The notes below the pieces were generated by a model that made no database searches, was not told the DNA's origin, and saw nothing but the letters and a program-made list of their open reading frames with translations. Source: Longimicrobiales bacterium (GTDB lineage Bacteria; Gemmatimonadota; Gemmatimonadetes; Longimicrobiales; Gaopeijiaceae). From it: 64,000 nt of DNA. Both the position numbers and the translations under genes were made by a program. Shown one piece after another: positions 10,096 through 19,400 of this stretch (position 1 is the first letter of the stretch; every line of letters begins with the position of its first letter). The stretch is from the NCBI GenBank assembly GCA_965218295.1, contig CBDCKN010000015.1, positions 64,001-128,000 on the forward strand, written 5' to 3'.

Positions 10096-11361
10096 GTGGA
10101 TGCACCGAGTCCCGAGGGCGAAGTCCGCCTGGCAGACACCGAGGGAGCCCGGCCGGCTGAGGTGGGGGGACCCGCCGAAGCTGGGGAGCCCGCAGAGGTC
10201 CAGGGCCGGATGGCCCTAGCCGCCAAAGGCCTTCTCCCCCTCCTCCTCCTGGCCGCGTTTCTGGCCATCTTCGTGCGCGTGGGTCCAATCGGTGTCTTCC
10301 GGACCGCCTTTCCCCCGGTCGAAGAGTTGACCTTCGAGCGCGTGGCGTTCCCCTCGCCGGGCCTGGTTCGGGTGTACTTGGTCAACGGCGGCCCGGAGCC
10401 GGTGACGGTGGCACAGGTCATGGTCGACGAAGCGTACTGGCAGCATACGCTCACGCCGTCCCGCGAGATCGGGCGATTGGACCAAGCCGTGGTGGATATC
10501 CCGTATCCCTGGGTGGACGGCGACCCCCTCGAGATCTCGATCGTGAGCTCCACCGGAGTCACCTTCACGCATGAGGTCGCCGTAGCCACGCAGTCGCCCG
10601 AGGTCAGCCGGCGCTACGTGATGACCTTCGCCCTGCTCGGTGTCTACGTCGGCGTGATCCCGGTCTTCCTGGGACTCCTCTGGCTGCCGTTCCTCACGGG
10701 GATCAGCCGGCGGTGGGTCGACTTCTTTCTGAGCTTCACAGTCGGACTTCTATTCTTCCTGGGCGTGGACGCGCTGGAGGGAGCCCTGGAGCTCACGGGC
10801 CAGGTGGCATCCGCGTTCCAGGGGACGGGCCTGGTGGTCCTGGGGGTGGTGGGGACACCGCTCCTCATCAATGCCCTCAGTCGCCTGGCGATTGGTCGAG
10901 AGGCCATGGGCCCGCTGGGGATATCACTGCTCATCGCGGTGGGGATCGGCCTGCACAACCTCGGGGAAGGCCTGGCCGTCGGGTCGGCCTACGCCGTGGG
11001 CGAGGTGGCCCTGGGGACGTCTCTCGTCTTCGGGTTCCTCCTCCACAACACCACCGAGGGGTTGGGGATCGTGGCCCCTCTCGCCCGCTCCAGGCCGGCC
11101 CTCATCACGCTGGCAGGCCTGGGACTGGTCGCCGGTCTTCCCACGATTCTGGGAGCTTGGATCGGAGGCTTCTCCTACTCACCCACGGCCAGCGTCCTGT
11201 TCCTCGCCATCGGCGCCGGAGCCATCATCCAGGTGATCTGGGTGATCATGCGGAGCCTCATGGCCGACAGTCGGTTCGGTCTTACTGGTCCCCTGAACGC
11301 CGCCGGCCTGGTGGCGGGACTGATCCTCATGTACGTCACCGGCCTTTTCGTGGCCGTTTAG
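10096..11361 (+). CDS. ZIP-family divalent metal transporter with an N-terminal extracytoplasmic domain
   Basis: GLHNLGEGLAVG and LLHNTTEGLGI ZIP signature helices; extra TM plus beta-rich domain at the N-terminus. Confidence 0.85.
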   Translation: MDAPSPEGEVRLADTEGARPAEVGGPAEAGEPAEVQGRMALAAKGLLPLLLLAAFLAIFVRVGPIGVFRTAFPPVEELTFERVAFPSPGLVRVYLVNGGPEPVTVAQVMVDEAYWQHTLTPSREIGRLDQAVVDIPYPWVDGDPLEISIVSSTGVTFTHEVAVATQSPEVSRRYVMTFALLGVYVGVIPVFLGLLWLPFLTGISRRWVDFFLSFTVGLLFFLGVDALEGALELTGQVASAFQGTGLVVLGVVGTPLLINALSRLAIGREAMGPLGISLLIAVGIGLHNLGEGLAVGSAYAVGEVALGTSLVFGFLLHNTTEGLGIVAPLARSRPALITLAGLGLVAGLPTILGAWIGGFSYSPTASVLFLAIGAGAIIQVIWVIMRSLMADSRFGLTGPLNAAGLVAGLILMYVTGLFVAV

Positions 11362-11706
11362 CGAGCTACCAGCCTTCGACTCCGAGCTCACCCTCCGGTA
11401 GGGCCGGCCAGCCGTTGACCTGAACCAGCGTCTCGCCGGGCTCGACGTCCTGTGGGTGGCGGAAACCCCGTCTGGCCCGAAATTACCGATCTTTTCACGG
11501 TTCAGTAAGAGCAGGCGTCGATCATTTCAGCGCTGAAGAGTCAACGGGAACAGAGCAGGTCGACGTATTCGGCTCAGGTCGTGGGGAGGCGCTCGCCGCG
11601 GAAATGGAGTTGCCTCTCCTCGGGAAGATCCCGTTGGCCCGCTCCGGACCGTGGGATGGGTGAATGGTCTCTTGCGGTGGGGCTCGGGAGACGTCAATTA
11701 TTTGGG

Positions 11707-14332
11707 ATGGTCCGTCGTCTACAAGTTCGCCTTGTCGCGACAATGCTGCTCTCGGCGTGTGATCCCGGCGGAAAAGTGTGCACGGCGCTCTCACCGTGCG
11801 AAGGAGACGTCCAAGTTCCCACGAGCATCACTCTATCGTCGGCTGCGTTGAACTTCTTCTCACTCGGTGAGACTCAGCAGTTGACGGTGACTGTGTTCGA
11901 CGGGAACGGGCTTGCGATCTCAGGAGCGACGGTCACGTGGGTCTCCTCGGCCCCATCGGTCGCCAGCGTAGAAGCGACTGGACTCGTCACGGCGGTAAAC
12001 GTGGGCAGTGTGACCGTTACCGTGACATCGGGTGCGGCGAGCGGAATTGCTCAGATCACGGTGCAGCAGGCGGCGGAGGCAGTGACGGTCTCGCCGGGCT
12101 CTCTTCTGTTGCCGGGGAGCGGGGCGAGGGCTTCGCTGCTCGCGTCGGTAACGGACCCGGGCGGCTCACCCATCATAAACCCGAGCCTCCTGTGGTCGTC
12201 CAGCGACCAGACCGTCGCCACGGTGAACAACGGACTCGTCACGGGCCAGGCCGGTGGCGAGGCGACGATTAAGGTGATCGCTACGAGCGCCGGGCGGAGT
12301 GCTAGCGCCGATGCGTTGGTCCAGGTCGACCGGTTGGGGATCCTGTCGACGTCACTGCCCAACGCCATCGTGAACAACCCGTACACGACGACCCTCAAGG
12401 CTGTGGCCGGAGACGGGTCGTATACCTGGGCGGTGACGGCCGGCGCGTTGCCGGTCGGCTTGACGATTGCTTTCTCGACTGGCGTCATATCCGGGACGCC
12501 TACGGCCATCGGCACCAGTACGTTCACGGCGCGGGTCACGGATGGTCGGGGGAACACCGGCTCAGCGGACCTCGCCATCCGCGTTCTGGCCGGGTTCCCA
12601 CCTCTCGACGTTGCGACGCAGTCGCTTCCGAACGCCACAGTCGGCGTACCGTACAGCCAAACGGTGGCGGGGACTGGTGGGGACGGGTCCTACACATGGT
12701 CCCTGAACACGGGCAGCTTGCCGCCTGCGCTTTCGACGCTGACAATCGGTGGGACGACCGGCACGCTCGGGTTCACCCCGCCGACTGGGGGTGTGCATCC
12801 GTTTACGGTCCAGATGACAAGTGGCGACGGGCAGAACGCCAACCGGCCGTTCACGCTAACCATCGACGACCCACTCAACGACTTCCCGGTCGCCGCGATC
12901 CTCGCTCCCAGGCAGTTCTCTGATGAGGCGTGAGGCGGAGGGATTTCCGATCACGTTCGATGGCACGGCATCGGACACTGAGGACGGTGTTCTTTCAGGG
13001 GCCTCACTGGCATGGACGAGCAACATCGACGGGCCGCTTGGCACGGGAACGTCTCTGACTACTACGGCACTGTCGGCTGGAGTCCACCAGATCACGCTCA
13101 CGGGTACGGACGGTAGCGGCGGGACCGGCGTCGCTGAGGTCACGATCGAGGTGACGTCGCTCTCGTCCGATGTGGTGATCGTATCCCCCAACGAGCCGGC
13201 ACGGATCATCGCCAGGAATGGCGTTGGCGATATCATTTCACCGGGTCAACTCACCTACGACATCACGACTTGGTGGTTCCCGGTGCAGGACGCGAACAGC
13301 CGATTCGCCATCGACTCGGAGGGAATCTTGACCCTCGAGCAGCCGGTGGCGAATGATGCCGAGTCGTTTCGCCTCACCGTCAGTATCGGTGCGACACCGA
13401 TCGCCATGGTCGTGATACTCGTGCAATCGGCGGATCGGGATTGGACCATTAGTGAGAGCGAGCATTGGCGACTGCTACTTCCGTGGGATTGGCGGAGTCG
13501 AGCCTTCGATGCGGTGCCGGACTACGCTGAGGCTCTCGGAGTTGGATGGGAAGCCCACAGCGCGATCAGCGGATCGACCTTCTTCGGCCACGCTGGAGAT
13601 CCCCTGGTGTGGCCAGCCTGGACGATCGTGATCGGGAACGACTTCGGGATCAATGGAAGTGCGATCGGGACTCCCGAGAGCTTTCTCTTCGACATCTTTG
13701 GGGAGCCGCGTTACAGCTCCATCTTGTCGACTCTCAGCTTCGACAATTTGTATAACAACCCTCTCCTGAGGATGTGCACCTTCTACTGCGGTGGCGGCCC
13801 GGCGCCGCAATCACAGGCATATCGTGTGGCCTTCGAGCTTTTATCCCTGAGGGCCATCGGGCTCGACGGTACGCTGAGCGCTGGAGCCCGAGCGATTGCT
13901 CAGTCGCACACGACGGATGGGTTCGATCCGCGCGTCGCGTCACTTCTGGCGCTTCTGGACAGGTGGGAGCTCGAGACGGATCCCTGGACCGAGGACATGT
14001 TTCACCCGGTCGTCGGTTCGGCTAGCTCGGTGCTAACAGCGATCGCCGTGACCCTCGCAGAGGAGAATGGGTGGCCAGGAACGGTTGATCGGATGGGGCT
14101 TTCGGTGAAGTCCTCGGACAACACGATCTCGGCGATCCTCAACCTGCAGCCCGGCACGCCGCTGACGAGTGTTCAGCGCATGACGTTCTTCGCCGCGTCG
14201 ATGAGCGCCGCGGCATCGACGGATCTCAAGACGAGATTCTCAGCGGATTGGCGGATCCCGATCGACCAGTCGCTCTTCGACGCCCTGTACGCACAGCTTC
14301 TCACGACCGTGAGCCAGCCGCTGCCGAACTAG
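11707..14332 (+). CDS. Surface lipoprotein with BIG2 and putative-Ig repeats and an unknown C-terminal domain; frameshift near 12910
   Basis: Lipobox LLSAC; two BIG2 repeats (WxSS..VAsV..GLVT); two SLPNA..PY..GDGSYTW repeats. Removing one C at ctccca restores PVAAILAPGSSL...ITFDGTASDTEDG...WTSNIDG. Confidence 0.7.
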
Positions 14333-14384
14333 GCCGGGCTCAAAGGCCCCTGTTCGAATTTCGAATGTGGCGAAGGGGTGCCTC

Positions 14385-14565
14385 ATGAGAACCGGCGGAC
14401 CGGCTCCCGGACTCGTATGTCGGAGCGTGGTCAGAATGGCGCGTAGAAAGATGCGCAGTACAGCGCCGGCGATCGTGGGGTTGTGGTGCAGGAGGGGCCG
14501 GAGGCGCTTCGGAACGGAGAGCACCCATTGGCGCACCGGAAGCGGTGGCAGGACATGGTCTGGTG
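14385..14565 (-). mobile_element. IS91-family (rolling-circle) transposase remnant
   Basis: DHVLPPLPVRQWVLSVPKRLRPLL...VLRIFLRAI matches the IS91/IS801 transposase region after the Zn-binding domain; only about 60 codons remain. Confidence 0.75.
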
Positions 14566-14812
14566 GCGGCAACATGGCTCGGCAGGCCGACTAGCTATCG
14601 TACGTATACTCACGATATGGAGATACGTACACGTCTCCAGAGCATCTCGGGGAGCTTCCAACATGGGCGCCATGGCACCGTCCGGCATGACGTCGTGGGT
14701 TAGGCGGTCGTAGGCCCCGACGATCCGGTACCTGTGGTTGACGGCCACACTGTGCTTAGATTGTGACCCCCGGTCTGAAGCCCCCGAGTGAGCTAGGGAA
14801 CCTCTGCACGAG

Positions 14813-16383
14813 ATGAGCAACGAGCAGTTCATCTACGTCATGAAGGATCTGCGCAAGCTGGTGCCACCCAAGCGCGAAGTCCTCAAGGGCATCTGGCTGT
14901 CCTTCTTCCATGGAGCAAAGATCGGGGTCGTGGGACCCAACGGGTCCGGCAAGAGCACACTGTTGCGGATAATGGCCGGGCTCGACGACGACTTCCTGGG
15001 AGAGGCCTGGGCCGCCAAGGGAACCCGTGTGAGCTACCTGCCCCAGGAGCCCGAACTCGATCCCGAGTTCGACGTCCGAGGAAACGTGGAGGAAGCCGTC
15101 CGCGAAACCCGTGAGCTCCTCAAGCAGTTCGAGGAAATCAGCATGGAGTTCGCTGAGCCCATGAGCGACGACGAGATGGAGGCCCTCATCAAGAAGCAGT
15201 CGCGCCTCCAAGACCGCATCGATGCCTCGAACGCGTGGGACCTCGAGCGAAGGGTGAAGATCGCCATGGACGCCCTGCGCCTGCCTCCTCCCGATGCGGA
15301 CGTCACGACGCTCTCCGGCGGCGAAAAGAGACGAGTAGCCCTGTGCAACGTACTGCTCGAGGAGTCCGACATGCTCCTCCTTGACGAGCCTACCAACCAC
15401 CTCGACGCCGAGTCCGTGGCGTGGCTCGAGCGATACCTGGCGGAGTTCGGGGGAACCATCGTCGCCATCACTCACGACCGCTATTTCCTGGACAACGTGG
15501 CCGAGTGGATCCTCGAGCTCGACCGGGGCGAGGGCATTCCCTGGAAGGGCAACTACTCCTCGTGGCTCGAGCAGAAGAGGGAGCGGCTACGGGTCGAGAA
15601 GAAGCAGGCGTCGGCCCGGCAGAGCACGCTGGAGCGAGAGTTGGAGTGGATTCGGATGGCACCCCGCTTGGGGAACGATGTGGTTCTCTGTGAGAGCGTC
15701 AGGAAGGGATACGGTGACATCCTTCTCGTCGAAGACCTCTCGTTCTCACTCCCTCCGGGCGCCATTGTAGGCATCATCGGCCCGAACGGGGCTGGAAAGA
15801 CGACACTCTTCCGGATGATCACGGGCCGGGAAAGGCCGGACGACGGCACTGTTCGCCTGGGTCAGACCGTTCGGCTCGCCTACGTGGATCAGTCGGGGAC
15901 CGATCTCGATCCTGACAAAACCGTCTTCGAAGAGGTGGCTCAGGGCCTGGAGGTCCTCCAGTTCGGTCGAGTCGAAGTGAACCCGCGGGCCTACCTGTCG
16001 TGGTTCAACTTCCGGGGCGTCGATCAACAGAAGAAGGTTGGAGTGCTCTCGGGCGCGGAGAACACAATCGGCTGCGCCTGGCCAGGCTTCTAAAGGAGGG
16101 CGGTAACCTGATCCTCCTCGACGAGCCCACCAACGACCTAGACGTCGACACGCTCCGTGCCCTGGAGGAGGCGCTGCTCTCCTTCGCGGGATCGGTCATG
16201 GTGGTCTCCCACGACCGGTGGTTCCTCGACAGAATCGCGACGCATATTCTCGCCTTCGAGGGCGACAGCAAGGCGATATGGTTCGAAGGAAACTACCAGG
16301 AGTACGAGGAGGATCGGCGGCGGCGCCTCGGCGCCGAGGCGGACCAGCCTCATCGCATCAGGTACAAGCGGTTGGCCTCATAG
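14813..16383 (+). pseudogene. ettA: ABC-F translational throttle EttA with internal deletion and frameshift
   Basis: FIYVM...GAKIGVVGPNGSGKST, two ABC domains, C-terminal [10 protein letters not shown]; linker collapsed (ELEWIRMAPRLGNDVV); 2-bp insertion near 16054. Confidence 0.85.
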
Positions 16384-16508
16384 GAAAAAACTCTGGTGCG
16401 TAGCGGGTTTCCAGTGCTTATCTTTAATTGGTGATGCTTCCCCTTGAGCCATGGAGATCATGGGCTCGGGGGAGGCGTTTTAGTCTGACAGCGTGGACGA
16501 GGCGACGC

Positions 16509-17081
16509 ATGGAGCCGGACAGGCCCGACGACCCGAGGGTTCAGCCGGAAGAGGCGGAAGCACCGCCCGAGGGAGCTGACATCCCCGAGGTGGAGATCAG
16601 CCAGGCCAGCGAGCGCGACGCCGTGCTGGCTGCCGTCATGCGGGAGCAGAGCCAGAAGGCCGAGCAGGAGGAGGTGACTCGCGAAGCCCTCGCACGGAGG
16701 CAGGGGTACGGCATCAAGCACGTGGCCATGGTCCTCGCCACGGCCATCTCCGTCTGGATCTGGATCTGGCCGCCCAGTGTCCTGCGCGTCCAGACTCCGG
16801 GGCCGCCCCCTACGGAGCAGGAGGAGGCGACACTGAGGCTCGTTATGTACTTCCAGGCCCAAAAGATCGAGCAGTATCGGCTCGATACGGGGCGTGTGCC
16901 CCTGGAGCTCGACGATGCCGGCCCGGTGTTCCGGGGCATGGAGTACATTCGACTCACCGACCGAGATTACAGGATCCTGGGGAGAACCTCCCGGGTGATC
17001 CTCTCCTACTCGTCCGTGGAGCCTATCGATGCCTTCGTGGGCGACGGCGTGAACATCCTCGAGCTCGGGGTGCTCAACTGA
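16509..17081 (+). CDS. Single-TM protein with a GspG/pseudopilin-like globular segment
   Basis: Acidic N-terminus, one TM helix, then KIEQYRLDTGRVP (GspG-like); stop overlaps the pilin start. Confidence 0.5.
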   Translation: MEPDRPDDPRVQPEEAEAPPEGADIPEVEISQASERDAVLAAVMREQSQKAEQEEVTREALARRQGYGIKHVAMVLATAISVWIWIWPPSVLRVQTPGPPPTEQEEATLRLVMYFQAQKIEQYRLDTGRVPLELDDAGPVFRGMEYIRLTDRDYRILGRTSRVILSYSSVEPIDAFVGDGVNILELGVLN

Positions 17082-17545
17082 TGGACACGAAGCGGCGGCG
17101 CGGTTTCACGATCGTCGAGGCGGTCACAATCATGATGATCGTGAGCGTCCTGACTCGCATCGCAATGCCGCAGATGCAGGAGGTCCTCACGAGGGCCCGG
17201 GCCACTGAGGTGAGGGCGTCGTTCAGCGTCGTAGAGGAAGCCGCGACGCGCCTGTCCATCGAGAACAACCCTTGGCCGAACGACACCGACGCAGGCGTCG
17301 TACCCCCGGAGCTGGTCGATATGCTGCCGGGCGGCTTCTCCTTCGATCGCGAGCGGTACCAACTCGATTGGGAGAACTGGATCCTCCCCAGCGGGATGCC
17401 CGGCTATCCCTCGGTGCGGGGCCTCATCGGCATCTCCATCACCACCTCGGATCGGGCTCTCGGGGTGGCCCTCATGGATCTGATTCCGAACAACGCCAAG
17501 TTCGAGCTGGGCGAGACCTTCACTTTCATCTTCGCGACCCAGTAG
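17081..17545 (+). CDS. Type IV pilin/pseudopilin-like protein
   Basis: Class III signal KRRRG|FTIVE followed by a hydrophobic helix ending AMP. Confidence 0.8.
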   Translation: MDTKRRRGFTIVEAVTIMMIVSVLTRIAMPQMQEVLTRARATEVRASFSVVEEAATRLSIENNPWPNDTDAGVVPPELVDMLPGGFSFDRERYQLDWENWILPSGMPGYPSVRGLIGISITTSDRALGVALMDLIPNNAKFELGETFTFIFATQ

Positions 17546-17883
17546 TCTCCGGCCACCGGCCGGCCCCTCCCCCCGAGTACCTCCCAACAAACATCGGCTC
17601 CCCCCCCGTGCCCGAGCTGACTCCCTGCCGGAGCGCCGCGCCCCCGGACTTGCCGCCACACAGCAAGCGGAGCCGGAGGCGAGCCGGGCCTGCCTCGGCA
17701 CTTTCCTCTCAGGCGTCATCCGGCGACAAGATCGAGACCGTTCCGAGCTGGGGTGCCAGACCGCAGCGCCCAACCCCAAGGCGGCGCCGCCGCCGGAAAG
17801 GAAGACGACGGGAGAGGACGCGAGCGGGAAGGGGCTTGACACTCGAAGTGGCCTCCCGGGTCGGAAGGAACTGGTGGCTCCCC

Positions 17884-18336
17884 CTAGTCGTCCTCCCAAC
17901 TGACTTCATCACCGATGCGCACGGCGGCGCCGTTCAGGACGCTTCCATGGGCGCCGCCCCTCCAATTGGGCCCGAGAGCGTCCCTCAGGCCCGGGCAGGC
18001 CTGGTCCATGATCATGCAGGGCCGGGTCTCGCCCCTGATCCGGATGCGGAGATCGCCCACGGCGAGGACCCGATCCTCGCTGTCCTCCAGGCGAATCCCG
18101 CTCACAAGGAAGTTCGCGCGACGCATGCTCGGCTCCACGTCTTCGCTCAGCTCACTCTTGAGGCCCTCGAAGACTTCCTTCTCTACGAGCGTGACGTGCC
18201 GCCGGCTGTCGAAGTCGGCGTTCCCTTCCAGGCCGCGACCCTCGACGGCAACTGCCTCATCCACGGAGTCCATTGGACCGCCTCGTGATACCTTGAGCCA
18301 GATGGCCTCCAGTCTCCCCGTCCCCTCGTTCATCAC
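17884..18336 (-). CDS. MOSC-domain protein
   Basis: GLEGNAD, RHVTL, RRANFLVSG, ETRPC..MD...PGL, RGG, IGD motifs. Confidence 0.85.
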   Translation of the reverse strand: MMNEGTGRLEAIWLKVSRGGPMDSVDEAVAVEGRGLEGNADFDSRRHVTLVEKEVFEGLKSELSEDVEPSMRRANFLVSGIRLEDSEDRVLAVGDLRIRIRGETRPCMIMDQACPGLRDALGPNWRGGAHGSVLNGAAVRIGDEVSWEDD

Positions 18337-19392
18337 TTACCGCCAACGTTTTTGGAGTTCGCTCAACGCCTCACTACCGGGACACAGCTTCTCGTACGGC
18401 ACGGAAGCCAGCGCTTCCTCCACCGTGTCTTCGAACGTGTGCATGTCCCGCCCCGAAGGCTCGATGTAGAGGAGTCCGGTGGCAACCTCGCCCCTGCCCT
18501 GAAGCTCCCGTACGTGGTGGTACGCCTCGTTCCGGTCCGTGGGATCGTACCCCTCGCTCACCGATCTGAACTGGACGACGCTGCCGTCGTGCATCATGAC
18601 CGCCGTGACTGCACCTTGGGACTGCTGCGCCTTGATCTCGCTTCTGAGCGGAACAAAGTCCGTCTCCACCACCTCGTGGTTGTGGACACGGGTGTGGGCG
18701 TAGCTCTTGGTCGAGCCCTCGTGATCGTTGAACGTCACGCACGGCGAGATGACGTCCACCAGGGCGAAGCCCCGGTGCTTCAGACCCGCCTTGAGAAGCG
18801 GGACCAACTGGGGCTTGTCCCCCGAGAAGCTGCGCGCCACGAAGGTCGCACCGAGGGTGAGGGCCAAGGGCACGGGATCGATTGGCGACATCTGGTTCTC
18901 CATGCCTCGCTTGGCCTTTGTGCCCACGTCGGCCGACGCGGAGAACTGCCCCTTGGTGAGGCCGTACACACCGTTGTTCTCCAGCACGTACAGCATGTCC
19001 ACGTTGCGCCGGATCGCGTGGCAGAGCTGACCCAGCCCGATGGAGAGGGAGTCTCCGTCGCCGGAGATGCCGATGTAGACCAACTCCCGGTTTGCGGCGT
19101 TCGCGCCCGTGGCGATGGATGGCATGCGCCCATGCACCGCGTTGAACCCGTGCGCCTCGCTCAGGAAGTACGCCGGCGTCTTGGACGAGCAGCCGATGCC
19201 GCTGAGCTTGGCAACCCTGTGCGGCGGGATGTCCAGCTCGAAGAACGTCTGAACGATGGCCGCGGTGATCGAGTCGTGCCCGCAGCCGGCGCAGAGCGTC
19301 GACATCGTGCCCTCATAGTCCCGCTGCGTGAGCCCCAGAGCATTCTTCCGGAAGCGTGGATGGCGGACTTCGGGTTTCGCTGTCTGTGCCAT
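18337..19392 (-). CDS. korB: 2-oxoacid:ferredoxin oxidoreductase beta subunit
   Basis: LCAGCGH, SGIGCSS, HGR, TPP motif GDGD...NN, SPCVTFN. Confidence 0.9.
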   Translation of the reverse strand: MAQTAKPEVRHPRFRKNALGLTQRDYEGTMSTLCAGCGHDSITAAIVQTFFELDIPPHRVAKLSGIGCSSKTPAYFLSEAHGFNAVHGRMPSIATGANAANRELVYIGISGDGDSLSIGLGQLCHAIRRNVDMLYVLENNGVYGLTKGQFSASADVGTKAKRGMENQMSPIDPVPLALTLGATFVARSFSGDKPQLVPLLKAGLKHRGFALVDVISPCVTFNDHEGSTKSYAHTRVHNHEVVETDFVPLRSEIKAQQSQGAVTAVMMHDGSVVQFRSVSEGYDPTDRNEAYHHVRELQGRGEVATGLLYIEPSGRDMHTFEDTVEEALASVPYEKLCPGSEALSELQKRWR

Positions 19393-19400
19393 GAAAGCTC

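Noticed and set aside
17850..17885. GGGTCGGAAGGAA as a possible SRP RNA
   Set aside because: It lacks the CAGG...GGAA...AGCAG domain IV pairing.
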